DNA of 64,000 bases from Candidatus Methylopumilus universalis (GTDB lineage Bacteria > Pseudomonadota > Gammaproteobacteria > Burkholderiales > Methylophilaceae): the NCBI GenBank assembly GCA_945883335.1, contig CAMCXI010000002.1, positions 193,658 through 257,657 of the forward strand, given 5' to 3'. Within the stretch, counting starts at the first letter, position 1; every line of letters begins with the position of its first letter. The notes beneath the pieces are model-generated. The model saw nothing but the letters and a program-made list of their open reading frames with translations, was not told the origin of the DNA and searched no databases. Both the position numbers and the translations under genes were made by a program. Below are positions 1-11,028 of this stretch, in pieces.

Positions 1-440
1 CCAATTGTGACGTTATCCCCGATAAAACAACCAGCTCCTACCACAACCCCATCAGCCAAACTTACTTGATGGCCTATCACTGCGTTCGGTCCAACGGCGC
101 AAGTCGCTGATATTTTTGATTCTGCGCCTATTATTGAACTAGTATGCAGCCCAAAAACAGCATTTATTTGGGGGTTTAACAAAGCCGATACTTTAGCAAA
201 ATAAGCGTAAGGGTTATCCGTCACTATTCTCGGCAGATCGCTAAAAGCTCTATTCTCTTCAGCCAAGATAACTGCACTAGCTTTTGTATCGGAGAGACTT
301 TTTCGATATTTGCTGTCAGTGATAAAAGTGATGTGACCTGCCTCAGCGTTTGCAACTGAAGCAACCCGACTCACTTCGACATCATTTCCTATTAACTCAC
401 CGCCAAGTTTTTCGACCAATGCTTTTAGCGTAATGCTCAT
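1..440 (-). CDS. lpxD: UDP-3-O-acylglucosamine N-acyltransferase, N-terminal part (gene runs off left edge)
   Basis: Minus-strand reading frame with ATG at 438..440. Own translation is MSITLKALVEKLGGELIGNDDVEVSRVASVANAEAGHITF..., followed by a hexapeptide-repeat-like segment. It lies downstream of skp, as in the conserved bamA-skp-lpxD order. Confidence 0.85.
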   Translation of the reverse strand, partial: MSITLKALVEKLGGELIGNDVEVSRVASVANAEAGHITFITDSKYRKSLSDTKASAVILAEENRAFSDLPRIVTDNPYAYFAKVSALLNPQINAVFGLHTSSIIGAESKISATCAVGPNAVIGHQVSLADGVVVGAGCFIGDNVTI

Positions 441-469
441 ACAATCGAACCAACCTTAACAGCAGTTAA

Positions 470-973
470 TTATTTCTTACCTAATGATTTAAGCACTTTG
501 TCCGTAATATCAATTTTCTTGTTTGCATATGCAACGCCGCCGTACACAACTAAATCGTAGCCTTCAGCCTCAGAAACAGCTGTGACAGCTTTATTGATAC
601 GATCTTGCAATGCGCCCAACTCTTCATTTTTGCGAAGATTTACGTCTTCACGCAATTCACGTTGTTTACGTTGAAAGTCGATTTTAAGGTTAGCTGAGTC
701 ACGCTCTTTGTTTTTTCTGTCGGTGTCAGACATTGTCAAAGCATCTTTATCTAGAGACGTTTCAATATCTTTAATTTGTTTTTGCAAGCGCTCGAGCTCT
801 TGCGTGCGCGGACTAAACTCTTTTTCTAATTTCTTACCGCTTTCAGCAGTTTGCGGTGCTTCTTGTAAGATTTTGTCAACTTGAACGTAACCAATCTTAA
901 GCTCAGAAGCACTGGTATTTAGCGCGAATACAAACAAGCCAGCGAATAATAAATGACTTAACAATTTACTCAA
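470..973 (-). CDS. skp: periplasmic chaperone Skp/OmpH
   Basis: 167 aa with a signal peptide and a charged coiled-coil-rich body (KQ/E/R repeats). Located between bamA and lpxD. Confidence 0.85.
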   Translation of the reverse strand: MSKLLSHLLFAGLFVFALNTSASELKIGYVQVDKILQEAPQTAESGKKLEKEFSPRTQELERLQKQIKDIETSLDKDALTMSDTDRKNKERDSANLKIDFQRKQRELREDVNLRKNEELGALQDRINKAVTAVSEAEGYDLVVYGGVAYANKKIDITDKVLKSLGKK

Positions 974-1002
974 TTGAACTCTCCTTATATATAACTTAAT
1001 AA

Positions 1003-3345
1003 TTAAAACTGTGAACCCATTTGGAATTGGATCATTTGCGTTCTATCGTTGTTATTGGCATCCACTTTGGGATTTAAAGCTTTGGCAAACACCAATTTAA
1101 TTGGTCCAAAAGGTGAATACCAGCTGATACCCGCACCCACAGAATATCTCAAGTCACCTAAGCTAACACTCTGTTCTGACGTATAAACGTTACCAGCATC
1201 AACAAAAGTACTTAGACGTAACTGGCTTGAATCTTTCATGCCTGGTACAGGGAAGTAAATCTCCGCATTACCAACAATGCGCTTGGTTCCACCAGTAAAG
1301 AACCCAACATTTCCATCGGATGGTTGTTCATACTTACCAACTGCACTTGTGTCGTAACCGCGAATTGAGTTCACGCCACCAACGTAGTAATTCTTAAAAT
1401 ACGGAAATGCTTTTGATCCATAGGTATCACCATAGCCAAACTCTCCATTAAGTGAAAACGTCATGAATTGGTTAATGGGTTGATACCAAGTATGTTTATA
1501 ATCTAGTTTGTAGTACTCCAAATCCAAACCTGGCAGTCCAATTTCAGCCAAAATTCTTTGATAAAAACCCTCTTTTGGAAATAAAGTATTGTCGCGCGTG
1601 TCATGTGCCCAGCCTAAATTAAGCATATAAGAATAGTTTGCACAGCCTAGGTTTTCATTAGCATCGCAAAATAGCTTGAATCGCTTGGGACTGTTTGCTT
1701 GAAGTGTTACGTCAGTGTAATCGAACGAAATGCCAGCATTAACTGAATCACGTTCATTTAGTGGCATACCAAATGAAACGCCCCCGCCGTATGAAGAAGT
1801 CTGATAAGAACCTGTCGCAATTGACATACGAGTTGTATCCACATCTCGACGGTAAATATTAAATGTTCGACTGACACCATCAGGCGTAAAATACGGGTCA
1901 GTATAAGACAATGAGTAAACCGAATTAATCTTACCCGTATTGACTTGCGCAGCAACTCGATTACCTGTACCTAAGAAGTTGTTTTGATTGACTGTCACAC
2001 CCAACACAATACCTTCATAACTAGACAAGCCTGCACCAAACATAATGCTACCAGTTGATCTTTCGGTCACTTTTACATTGACGTCAACCTGATCCGACGT
2101 GCCAGGCACAGCTGGTGTCTCAAGATTCACGTCGGAGAAGTATTGCAAACGATCTAAACGTTGCTTAGAACGTGTAATTTTGTCGGCGCCATACCATGAT
2201 GATTCCATTTGACGCATTTCGCGTCTAATCACCTCATCGCGAGTTCTTGTGTTGCCAGTTAAGTTGATACGACGGACGTAAACGCGACGACCTGGATCCA
2301 CCATAAAAGTAAAGGCGACCGTATGATTTTCTTTATCGACTTCAGGCACTGCATTGACATTGGCGAAAGCATAGCCTTCATTCCCAAGCCTATCACTCAT
2401 TGATTTGCTTGAGCTTGTTATCTTCTGACGATTAAAGGGTTCACCAGTATTTAGAGTAATTAACTTACGTAAATCATCCTCTGGAATAATCGTATCGCCA
2501 GCAACTTTTATTCCAGTGACTGTGTACTTTTCGCCTTCGGTAATGTTTGCCGTAATATATATATCACGCTTGTCAGGAGAAATAGAAACTTGGGTGGAAT
2601 CAATATTAAACTCTAGATAACCTTGATTCATGTAGAAAGAACGTAAGGTTTCTAAGTCAGCCGTTAATTTTTGTTTTGAGTATTGATCGTTCTTATTCCA
2701 CCAAGTCAGCCAGTCAGGTGTTGTGAGCTTGAATTGCTCATGCAATTCTTCTTCAGTAAAGGCTTGGTTACCCACAATATTAATGCTTCTGATTTTAGAT
2801 ACAGCGCCTTCTTCAATTTCAAAGCGAAGGCCAACACGGTTGCGCTCTAATGGACTAACGCTTGCTTTTACACTTGCGCCATATTTACCTTGCGAAAGAT
2901 ATTGACGTTTAATTTCCTGCTCCGCTCGATCAAGCATAGACTTATCAAAAATCAGGCCTTCAGAAAGGCCGATTTGCTTAAGCCCTTCTTTCATTTTATC
3001 CGTAGGGAATGATTTGTTACCGTTAAAGGTAATCTGTGCAATGGCGGAGCGTTCTTGAATGGTGACGACCAGAACGTCCTGATCAGCTTCGACCCGGACA
3101 TCTTTAAAAAAGCCTGTGCCGTAAAGCGCTTTAATCGCCTGCGTTGCCTTGTCGTCATCCATGGTTTCACCGACTTTGACAGGCAAGTAGCTAAATACAG
3201 TACCAGCTTCTGTGCGCTGAATGCCTTCAACACGAATGTCTTTAACAACAAACGGCTCCATTGAAAAAGCACTCGAGGCGTATAAACCAATCACAATAAC
3301 TGGCAATTGCTTTAACTTAGCACATAGCTTGTCTTTTAAAATCAT
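1003..3345 (-). CDS. bamA: outer membrane protein assembly factor BamA
   Basis: 780 aa. POTRA-type N-terminus (FVVKDIRVEGIQRTE), a C-terminal beta-barrel ending in an aromatic residue (QFQMGSQF), and rseP-bamA-skp synteny. Confidence 0.95.
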   Translation of the reverse strand: MILKDKLCAKLKQLPVIVIGLYASSAFSMEPFVVKDIRVEGIQRTEAGTVFSYLPVKVGETMDDDKATQAIKALYGTGFFKDVRVEADQDVLVVTIQERSAIAQITFNGNKSFPTDKMKEGLKQIGLSEGLIFDKSMLDRAEQEIKRQYLSQGKYGASVKASVSPLERNRVGLRFEIEEGAVSKIRSINIVGNQAFTEEELHEQFKLTTPDWLTWWNKNDQYSKQKLTADLETLRSFYMNQGYLEFNIDSTQVSISPDKRDIYITANITEGEKYTVTGIKVAGDTIIPEDDLRKLITLNTGEPFNRQKITSSSKSMSDRLGNEGYAFANVNAVPEVDKENHTVAFTFMVDPGRRVYVRRINLTGNTRTRDEVIRREMRQMESSWYGADKITRSKQRLDRLQYFSDVNLETPAVPGTSDQVDVNVKVTERSTGSIMFGAGLSSYEGIVLGVTVNQNNFLGTGNRVAAQVNTGKINSVYSLSYTDPYFTPDGVSRTFNIYRRDVDTTRMSIATGSYQTSSYGGGVSFGMPLNERDSVNAGISFDYTDVTLQANSPKRFKLFCDANENLGCANYSYMLNLGWAHDTRDNTLFPKEGFYQRILAEIGLPGLDLEYYKLDYKHTWYQPINQFMTFSLNGEFGYGDTYGSKAFPYFKNYYVGGVNSIRGYDTSAVGKYEQPSDGNVGFFTGGTKRIVGNAEIYFPVPGMKDSSQLRLSTFVDAGNVYTSEQSVSLGDLRYSVGAGISWYSPFGPIKLVFAKALNPKVDANNNDRTQMIQFQMGSQF

Positions 3346-3350
3346 TAGGC

Positions 3351-4724
3351 TTAGCCCACTATCAATCTATTAATATCATTATATAAAGCACATACCATCA
3401 ACAATCCCAAGACTGTTAAACCAATGCGCTGGCCAATTTCCATTGTCCGCTCAGAAACTGGACTACCCTTCACTAATTCAACCATATAATACAACAAATG
3501 TCCCCCATCCAACACAGGGATTGGTAGTAGATTTAACACGCCTAAACTAATACTAATGACTGCCAAAAAGGCAATGAATGCATTCAAACCTAAATTAGCG
3601 CTTTGGCCTGCATAGGTTGCAATTGTGACTGGCCCACTGATCGATTTAATTGAGACGTCCCCAGTTAACATATTGCCCAACATTTTTAGGCTAAATGCTG
3701 ATGTTTCATAGGTTTTTTGAACAGCCTTCATCAGAGATTCTAGGGTTGAAGGATGATTGGTAATCAAATAACCACGCATCATATTTTCATCCATGAATAC
3801 CGCAGCACCAATTTGACCGATTAATTGACCATTTTTGTTAATGCTAGAAGGTGTCACTCTAAGCATTAATATTTGATTGCTTCGCTCAACGCTTAGGTTA
3901 AGCATCTCGTTTGGGCTATCTTGAATAATGGTGACCAAAGACTCCCAATCAGTGATCAATGTCCCATTGACAGCTAAAATTTTGTCAGCCGACTGAAGCC
4001 CCGCCTTATCTGCCGCGCTGCTTTTAATGACACTGCCAATGATTGGTTCAACAACTGGTCTTGAGGGTTTTAGCCCAAGTTTTGCTAAAAAGTCAGCGTT
4101 CAAATCGGACTCGTTAATGCCAGTCAGATCAATGCGGCGAGTGTGTTTTTGTTGATCAATATCAATAGTTTGAACCTCTACTGATGCCGATTTGAATACA
4201 TTCCGAACTAATATCCATTGGATGTCTTGCCATAACTTTACATCTTCACCAGCGATATTGAGGATGCGGTCACCCTTATGAATTTGCGCAGTGCTAGCGG
4301 CAGTACCATCAGCAACATCTGCCACTTCCGGCTTTAAGCCAACAGTGCCCTGCATCAGCAGTATCCAATACAATACAACTGCAATTAATAAGTTAGCTAA
4401 TGGACCTGCAGCAACGATAGCAATGCGTTTATAGACTGATTGGCGATTGAATGCCCTATTTAATTCATCAGGATTTATTGATGACTTTTCATGCTCAGAT
4501 AACTCTCGTTCATCCAGCATTTTTACAAAACCGCCAAAAGGCAAAGCGGAAAGGACAAACTCCGTTTTGTCATAACCGAACTTCTTAGAAAAGATTGGAC
4601 GGCCAAATCCTATTGAAAATTTAAGAACTTTTACGCCACACAATCTCGCCATCTGAAAATGTCCATATTCGTGAATCGCAATTAAAATTGCTAAGGTAAT
4701 GACAAATGCAGCCAGTGTAATCAT
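3351..4724 (-). CDS. rseP: RIP zinc metalloprotease RseP
   Basis: HEYGHF (HExxH) motif in the first TM helix, PDZ-like middle region and NLLPIPVLDGGH motif. Start trimmed to MITLAAF, whose ATG forms an ATGA overlap with the dxr stop at 4721..4724. Confidence 0.9.
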   Translation of the reverse strand: MITLAAFVITLAILIAIHEYGHFQMARLCGVKVLKFSIGFGRPIFSKKFGYDKTEFVLSALPFGGFVKMLDERELSEHEKSSINPDELNRAFNRQSVYKRIAIVAAGPLANLLIAVVLYWILLMQGTVGLKPEVADVADGTAASTAQIHKGDRILNIAGEDVKLWQDIQWILVRNVFKSASVEVQTIDIDQQKHTRRIDLTGINESDLNADFLAKLGLKPSRPVVEPIIGSVIKSSAADKAGLQSADKILAVNGTLITDWESLVTIIQDSPNEMLNLSVERSNQILMLRVTPSSINKNGQLIGQIGAAVFMDENMMRGYLITNHPSTLESLMKAVQKTYETSAFSLKMLGNMLTGDVSIKSISGPVTIATYAGQSANLGLNAFIAFLAVISISLGVLNLLPIPVLDGGHLLYYMVELVKGSPVSERTMEIGQRIGLTVLGLLMVCALYNDINRLIVG

Positions 4725-5908
4725 ATTGCCTTCGCCATCCATGCATTCGCTGAATCACGAGCTTCGAGATCAGACGAGACGAGCATTTCAAGATCGGTTA
4801 CTGGCTTGATGCTGCTATTTTCTAAAACTGACTCGATTAGCACAGGAATGTCTGTAAAGCTGATTTTTTCTTTGATAAATGCCTCAACTGCGACTTCATT
4901 CGCAGCGTTCATGATGGCCGCTGCATTTCCGCCAGCATTTAATGCATTAAATGCTAATCTTAAACATGGGAATTTTTTTGTATCTGGTGCTTCAAAATCT
5001 AAACGTGCAATTTTGAATAAATCGAGAGAACTTACACCGCTTTGTAGTCGTTCTGGATAGCCCAATGCATAAGCAATCGGTGTGCGCATATCAGGGTTGC
5101 CCAGCTGAGCAAGCACTGAACCATCCACATACTCAACCATTGAGTGAATAACGCTTTGTGGGTGAACAACCACCTCAATTTGATCAGGCGATGCATTGAA
5201 TAGCCAGCGAGCTTCAATCACCTCCAAGCCCTTATTCATAAGGGTAGCCGAATCAATGGTAATTTTTGGCCCCATCACCCAATTAGGATGATTTAAAGCC
5301 TGCTTTAAACTAACTCGCTTGAGTTCTTCAGCACTTGCTTGGCGAAACGGACCACCGGAGGCCGTAAGAAGAATTTTCTTTACACCGCCGTCAGCAAGAT
5401 TTGAACCTTTGTCCTGGGGCATGACTTGGAATATTGCGTTGTGCTCGCTATCAATTGGCAGAAGCGTTGCTCCGCCCTGCTTCACGGCTTGCATAAATAT
5501 ACTACCAGCCATGACGAGTGTTTCTTTATTAGCCAGCAGAATGCGCTTACCTGCATTCGCTGCAGCAATGGCAGGTTTTAAGCCGGCAGCACCAACAATG
5601 GCGGCCATGACGGCATCAACTTTTTCATGTGCCGAAACAAACTCTAAAGCAGCCATCCCGCAAAGCACTTCAGTTGCGCTTCCAGATTGCTTAAGCTTTT
5701 GCGATAACTGATCAGCGGCTTTCTCTTCTAGCATCACAGCATATAGGGGGCTGAATTTTTGACATTGATCAAAGAGTGTATCAACGTTTTGATTAGCAGT
5801 TAAAGCGAAGACAGCAAAGCGATTAGGATGTTGTGAAATCACATCTAAAGTATTTACACCGATGGTGCCTGTTGCACCGAGTATGGTTACTTGTTGCAAT
5901 TTAGGCAT
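4721..5908 (-). CDS. dxr: 1-deoxy-D-xylulose-5-phosphate reductoisomerase
   Basis: N-terminus VTILGATGTIG (NADPH-binding) and internal LPIDSEHNAIFQ motif. Start set at MPKLQQ; the exact start is uncertain by 3 codons. Confidence 0.95.
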   Translation of the reverse strand: MPKLQQVTILGATGTIGVNTLDVISQHPNRFAVFALTANQNVDTLFDQCQKFSPLYAVMLEEKAADQLSQKLKQSGSATEVLCGMAALEFVSAHEKVDAVMAAIVGAAGLKPAIAAANAGKRILLANKETLVMAGSIFMQAVKQGGATLLPIDSEHNAIFQVMPQDKGSNLADGGVKKILLTASGGPFRQASAEELKRVSLKQALNHPNWVMGPKITIDSATLMNKGLEVIEARWLFNASPDQIEVVVHPQSVIHSMVEYVDGSVLAQLGNPDMRTPIAYALGYPERLQSGVSSLDLFKIARLDFEAPDTKKFPCLRLAFNALNAGGNAAAIMNAANEVAVEAFIKEKISFTDIPVLIESVLENSSIKPVTDLEMLVSSDLEARDSANAWMAKAI

Positions 5909-6734
5909 GAAACACAACTGCTTTAATATACAAATATAAATTGTAGTAGATAGGTAGTGTTAACAAGAACATGACCAATGGAAGACTTGAAGTTAAACCA
6001 TCAACTCGATCTAAAACACCGCCATGACCAGGCAATAAATGACTGCTATCTTTGACATCCGCTTGGCGCTTAATCATTGACTCAAATAAATCACCCATGA
6101 TGCTGAGTGCCATCACCCCTAAAAATACGAGCACAAACCAATAACTTTGATGCGCTAGGTAAGAAAGTAAGGAGGCGTAGATTGAAATGGCAAAGAATGC
6201 ACCAAGCACGCCCTCCCATGTTTTTCCTGGACTAATGCTAGACGCTAGCTTGTGTTTACCAAAGCGTTTTCCTGCAAAGTAAGCGGCGCTATCTGCAATC
6301 CAAACGGTCATCGCAAAAACAACCAACAACAATGGATTAATCTCACGTAAAGCAATCATCGTTAAACCAAAAGGGATAATGACAATTAAACCAAGAACGG
6401 CCATGATGAAACGATTATTAATGGTAGGTGTAAAGGCTAATAAAAATGGAACAATCAGAAGCCAGAATATTGTTGAAGCCAGCACTGCCCATACGATGAC
6501 AATTTGCATTAATTGTGGCGTGTAAAGAATGACAAACAAGCCCAAAAGTAAAACAAAGCCACTATAAATAAAGCTGAAAGGCTTGTTAAACTTGGACAGC
6601 CCTGCCCATTCCCATGCGGCAATTGAAGTAACTGCTAGTACCAAAAGCGCCCAATATAAAGGTGGCAAGTAAACATAAGCAGCGCCAATGGTTAAGAAAA
6701 GAACTAATGAGGTGATAAGGCGAGTTTTAAGCAT
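5901..6734 (-). CDS. cdsA: phosphatidate cytidylyltransferase
   Basis: Polytopic membrane protein with the C-terminal CdsA signature (SxxKRxxxxKDxxxxxPGHGGxxDRxD seen as SMIKRQADVKDSSHLLPGHGGVLDRVD). uppS-cdsA-dxr synteny. Confidence 0.9.
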   Translation of the reverse strand: MLKTRLITSLVLFLTIGAAYVYLPPLYWALLVLAVTSIAAWEWAGLSKFNKPFSFIYSGFVLLLGLFVILYTPQLMQIVIVWAVLASTIFWLLIVPFLLAFTPTINNRFIMAVLGLIVIIPFGLTMIALREINPLLLVVFAMTVWIADSAAYFAGKRFGKHKLASSISPGKTWEGVLGAFFAISIYASLLSYLAHQSYWFVLVFLGVMALSIMGDLFESMIKRQADVKDSSHLLPGHGGVLDRVDGLTSSLPLVMFLLTLPIYYNLYLYIKAVVFHA

Positions 6735-7487
6735 TTATGGGTTAGCCAATTGTTCACTGGTGCGTCCAAAGCGACGCTCCCGTTGTTGATAGGATTGTAT
6801 GGCGAGCTTAAAAGCATCGTCATCAAAGTCAGGCCATAGCGTATCTGTAAAATAAAGCTCAGTGTATGCAAGTTGCCATAATAAAAAATTACTAATTCGT
6901 TTTTCTCCACCAGTTCGAATGAATAAGTCAGGTTCTGGGGCGTAATGCATTGATAAGTAGGGGTTTAGATGCTCTTCTGCGAAGGCTCCAGCCATGTTTG
7001 GATTGGCTTTTTGCATGGCGTTAACTGCTTGTAGCACATCCCAGCGACCACCATAATTAGCTGCTATGGTCAGCGTTAATCCTGTATTGCTTGCAGTTAA
7101 TATCTCAGCGGCTGTAATTTCATGTGATAGCGACTCATTAAAGTCACTTTTGTTGCCAATCATGACAAAGCGCACATTGCTTTTATGCAGTTTAATCACC
7201 TCTTTTTTCAGAGCCTCCGTAAATAAGCTCATTAAAAAACTGACTTCTTCAGGCGGTCTACGCCAATTTTCACTACTAAAAGCAAACAAGGTGAGATATT
7301 CAACTCCAATATCAACAGATTGCCGAATCATACCGCGCACTGTTTCTAAGCCAACCTTGTGTCCAGCAACCCTAGGTAAAAAGCGTTTTTTTGCCCAACG
7401 CCCATTGCCATCCATAATGACGGCAACGTGGCGAGGAATTTCAAGTGTATCGGGGATAGCGCTTGTTGAGCTAGAAAATATGCTCAA
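6735..7487 (-). CDS. uppS: di-trans,poly-cis-undecaprenyl-diphosphate synthase
   Basis: HVAVIMDGNGRWA motif and a C-terminal RRFG motif. Located in the frr-uppS-cdsA array. Confidence 0.95.
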   Translation of the reverse strand: MSIFSSSTSAIPDTLEIPRHVAVIMDGNGRWAKKRFLPRVAGHKVGLETVRGMIRQSVDIGVEYLTLFAFSSENWRRPPEEVSFLMSLFTEALKKEVIKLHKSNVRFVMIGNKSDFNESLSHEITAAEILTASNTGLTLTIAANYGGRWDVLQAVNAMQKANPNMAGAFAEEHLNPYLSMHYAPEPDLFIRTGGEKRISNFLLWQLAYTELYFTDTLWPDFDDDAFKLAIQSYQQRERRFGRTSEQLANP

Positions 7488-7530
7488 TTAAAGCTCCATG
7501 TAGATGATAAATAAGCGCATTAAAAATGGT

Positions 7531-8088
7531 TTAAACAGCCATTAAGTCTGTTTCTTTAACCTGAAGCATCTTGTCGATCTCAGTAACGCTTTTGTCAGTG
7601 ATTTTTTGAATTTCGTCTTGTGCACGACGTTCATCATCTTCACTAATCTCTTTGTCTTTAATTAGCTTTTTTAACGCATCATTGGCATCGCGTCGGATGT
7701 TACGTACGGCAACTTTGGCATTTTCGCCCTCAGTGCGTACAACTTTAATCAAGTCTCTGCGACGCTCTTCTGTCAACATTGGCATTGGTACGCGAATCAA
7801 ATCACCATTGGTTGCGGGATTTAAGCCCAAATCAGCATCACGAATGGCTTTTTCAACTTTGCCTATCAATGGTTTCTCGTAAGGCTGAACGTTAATTGTA
7901 CGTGCATCGCCCAATGTTACGTTAGCTACCTGGTTAACAGAAACCATGGAGCCATAGTACTCAACCATGACATGGTCTAACAAGCCCGTGTGGGCTCGGC
8001 CAGTTCGTACTTTACCTAAATCGTTTTTAAGCGCTTCTAGCGACTTTTGCATTTTTTGTTCTGCATTTGATCTTACTTCCGCTAACAT
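7531..8088 (-). CDS. frr: ribosome recycling factor
   Basis: 185 aa of typical RRF sequence ([11 protein letters not shown]..., EERRRDL). pyrH-frr synteny. Confidence 0.95.
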   Translation of the reverse strand: MLAEVRSNAEQKMQKSLEALKNDLGKVRTGRAHTGLLDHVMVEYYGSMVSVNQVANVTLGDARTINVQPYEKPLIGKVEKAIRDADLGLNPATNGDLIRVPMPMLTEERRRDLIKVVRTEGENAKVAVRNIRRDANDALKKLIKDKEISEDDERRAQDEIQKITDKSVTEIDKMLQVKETDLMAV

Positions 8089-8168
8089 TCACTTCTCCTT
8101 GCTAATCACTTAATTGAATATAAATTAAGAGTGTTTGGTCATACTTATTTTTAGGCGTTAAATTATTT

Positions 8169-8891
8169 TCAAACTAAGACTTTAGTGCCTTCATCTTCAC
8201 CCATCACAACACGCCTCAATGCGCCTTGCTTGAATATACTGAATACTGAAATTGGGAGATTTTGGTCGCGGCAGAGCGTTAAGGCTGTTGCGTCCATCAC
8301 TTTTAGATTTTTACCAATTGCTTCATCAAATGAAACGGTGGTGTAGCGCATCGCATCAGGATTTGTTTTAGGATCATCCGTGTAGATACCATCTACTTTG
8401 GTCGCCTTAATCACAATCTCAGCACTAATTTCAAGACCACGTAAGGCAGCGGCTGTGTCTGTTGTAAAGAATGGATTACCTGTGCCCGCACCGAAAATCA
8501 CTACCCGGCCTTCTTCCAAATAACGAATGGCTTTACCACGAATATAAGGCTCTGCAACTTGTTCGATATTGAGTGCTGATTGAACGCGACTGACCAAGCC
8601 AATGTGTTTCATCGCATCTTGAAGCGCTAAGGCATTCATTACGGTAGCGAGCATACCCATATAATCTGCAGTTGCTCTATCCATGCCTTCTGCTGCGGGC
8701 GCAACACCACGGAAAATATTGCCGCCACCAATCACTACCGCGACTTGCACACCTAAATCAACGACTTCTTTAACTTCACCAACAATACGATTGATGGTGG
8801 CGCGATTGATGCCGTAAGCATCATCACCCATGAGGGCCTCGCCAGAAAGCTTTAATAAGATGCGTTTGTATTTTGGCGTTTGTGCAGACAC
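8169..8891 (-). CDS. pyrH: UMP kinase
   Basis: [13 protein letters not shown] motif. Start trimmed to the GTG at 8889..8891, which is preceded by AGGAG at 9 nt spacing. The ORF-track N-terminal 20 aa have no counterpart in PyrH. Confidence 0.93.
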   Translation of the reverse strand: MSAQTPKYKRILLKLSGEALMGDDAYGINRATINRIVGEVKEVVDLGVQVAVVIGGGNIFRGVAPAAEGMDRATADYMGMLATVMNALALQDAMKHIGLVSRVQSALNIEQVAEPYIRGKAIRYLEEGRVVIFGAGTGNPFFTTDTAAALRGLEISAEIVIKATKVDGIYTDDPKTNPDAMRYTTVSFDEAIGKNLKVMDATALTLCRDQNLPISVFSIFKQGALRRVVMGEDEGTKVLV

Positions 8892-9005
8892 GGTATAAAA
8901 CTCCTGTTCTATTGTGCAAAACGATGACGCCAAGCTCTCCTTGGATATCATCGTTTTGCGAGTTTACAACATTGTGCAGCTAAAAATTCGCTGCGCAATT
9001 ATTTT

Positions 9006-9881
9006 TTACAACTTAGCAGCAGCAGCTACTTCAGCAGCGAAATCAGTGACCACTTTTTCGATGCCCTCACCCACAGTGTACATTGTGAATGAAGCAACTG
9101 AAGCGCCCTTAGATTTCAATAACTGTTCAATCGTTACTTTGTCATCTTTAACGAAGTTTTGGCTTAACAAAGTCACTTCTTTCAAGAATTTTTGCACAGT
9201 ACCGTCAGCAATTTTTTCAAGCATTGCATCTGGCTTACCAGCTTCTTTTGCTTTTTCGATTGCAACGCGACGCTCAGCTTCAATCAATGCTGCGTCAACA
9301 CCGCTTGCATCCAGTGATTTTGGTTTTGCAGCTGCGATATGCATAGCGATATCTTTACCAAGTGTGTCATCACCGCCAACAACGTCAACGATGACGCCGA
9401 TTTTACTACCGTGAACGTAAGAAGCCAATTTGCCTTGTGCCGCTAAACGAACAAAACGACGTGGTGTAATGTTTTCACCAATTTTACCAACCAATTGTGT
9501 ACGAACATCTTCTGCAGTGCTGCCATTCATAGGCAATGCTGCAACCGCTTCGATATTTGCTGGATTGCTTTTCTCAACAACAACAGCCAATTCACGTACA
9601 TAAGCTAAGAAATCATCATTTTTTGCACAGAAATCTGTTTCAGAGTTAACTTCAATCATTGCGCCAGTTTTGCCATCAGCACTGATGCTAACGCCAACTG
9701 TACCTTCTGCAGCAACACGGCCAGCAGCTTTGCTTGCCTTGTTACCAAAACGAACACGTAGAATCTCTTCAGCACGGTCCATATCGCCGTCAGCTTCTGA
9801 CAACGCTTTTTTACAATCCATCATCGGAGCATCAGTACGCTCACGTAATTCTTTTACCATTGATGCGGTAATTTCAGCCAT
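9006..9881 (-). CDS. tsf: translation elongation factor Ts
   Basis: [28 protein letters not shown]-terminus. rpsB-tsf synteny. Confidence 0.95.
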   Translation of the reverse strand: MAEITASMVKELRERTDAPMMDCKKALSEADGDMDRAEEILRVRFGNKASKAAGRVAAEGTVGVSISADGKTGAMIEVNSETDFCAKNDDFLAYVRELAVVVEKSNPANIEAVAALPMNGSTAEDVRTQLVGKIGENITPRRFVRLAAQGKLASYVHGSKIGVIVDVVGGDDTLGKDIAMHIAAAKPKSLDASGVDAALIEAERRVAIEKAKEAGKPDAMLEKIADGTVQKFLKEVTLLSQNFVKDDKVTIEQLLKSKGASVASFTMYTVGEGIEKVVTDFAAEVAAAAKL

Positions 9882-9957
9882 TTAAAACTCCTTAAATATA
9901 ATCTTGGCTTAAGGGTGGAATCACTTAAAAGCCATTTCATTCAAAAGTATTAGATAC

Positions 9958-9984
9958 AAAAAAAGGGGCCTAAGCCCCTTTTTG
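9958..9984 (-). terminator. rho-independent hairpin between rpsB and tsf (attenuator/terminator)
   Basis: GGGGC(9965-9969)/GCCCC(9974-9978) stem with a 4-nt loop. It is flanked by an A7 run on one side and T5 on the other, so on the minus strand it is followed by T7. It lies 10 nt after the rpsB stop. Confidence 0.7.
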
Positions 9985-9992
9985 ACGGGGTA

Positions 9993-10739
9993 TTACTCTG
10001 CTGCAGCTTCTGCAGCAGCAACTGGTTCTTCGTCTGCAGACTTAACAATCTCAGCGATGAATTGGTTGCGACCCTCAAGCACTGCATCAGCAATACCACG
10101 AGCGTACAAGCGAATAGCACGGCTTGAGTCATCATTACCAGGGATAACGTAAGTTACGCCATCAGGTGAGTTGTTTGTATCAACAACACCAATCACTGGA
10201 ATACCAAGCTTAGCTGCTTCTGTCACAGCGCCGCTTTCGTGACCAACGTCAACGATGAAAATAGCATCAGGCAAGCCACCCATTTCTTTAATGCCACCAA
10301 TAGAACGTGAAAGTTTTTCAACTTCGCGTTTATAGCCTAATGCTTCTTTTTTACCGAATTTTTCCAAGCTACCATCTTGTAGCATTGTTTCGTAGTCGGT
10401 TAAACGCTTGATCGATTGTTTAACTGTTTTGAAGTTAGTCAACATACCGCCTAGCCAGCGATAGTTAACGTATGCACAGTTTGAGCGAACAGCTTCCTCT
10501 TGCATGATGTCACGTGCTTGGCGTTTTGTACCAACGAACAAAATGCGACCCTTGTTTGCTGAAAGTTGACGCACATACTTCAATGCATCTTCAAACAAAG
10601 GCAATGTTTTTTCTAAGTTAACGATATGGATTTTGTTGCGATCGCCAAAAATAAATGGTGCCATTTTTGGGTTCCAGTAACGGGTTTGATGGCCGAAGTG
10701 AACTCCAGCTTCCAGCATTTCGCGCATAGTAACCGACAT
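9993..10739 (-). CDS. rpsB: 30S ribosomal protein S2
   Basis: [23 protein letters not shown]-terminus with an acidic/Ala-rich tail. Confidence 0.95.
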   Translation of the reverse strand: MSVTMREMLEAGVHFGHQTRYWNPKMAPFIFGDRNKIHIVNLEKTLPLFEDALKYVRQLSANKGRILFVGTKRQARDIMQEEAVRSNCAYVNYRWLGGMLTNFKTVKQSIKRLTDYETMLQDGSLEKFGKKEALGYKREVEKLSRSIGGIKEMGGLPDAIFIVDVGHESGAVTEAAKLGIPVIGVVDTNNSPDGVTYVIPGNDDSSRAIRLYARGIADAVLEGRNQFIAEIVKSADEEPVAAAEAAAE

Positions 10740-11028
10740 AAAAGTCTCCAGTAAGGGTTATAGCTCACATGCTCCCAACAACATTCGCCTAAACGAACAC
10801 CCTGTACTAGGAACATGATGTATTTAAAAAATTATTGATGCAAAAATTGCATAAATCAATTAATCAAGCTAAGTAATTAATAAAATTGACTAAATCCTGT
10901 AACTCACCAAGAGTTTAATCATTGCTGCTTTGCTGATCGCTTACCAGCTAAACAGGTGCATTATGCTACCATAAGCACATCTCGAAACTCAAGGAAAACC
11001 TTAGCCTGAATGGCTTTAAGTTTGAACT

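Noticed and set aside
5319-5711. 130-aa plus-strand ORF inside dxr. Similar long antisense ORFs occur at 7066..7491 (in uppS), 8914..9414 (in tsf), 51084..51491 (in bamB) and 56408..56902 (in rodZ).
   Set aside because: All lie entirely antisense to well-supported conserved genes and have Ala/Ser/Pro/Thr-rich low-information translations typical of shadow frames. None has its own RBS or intergenic context.
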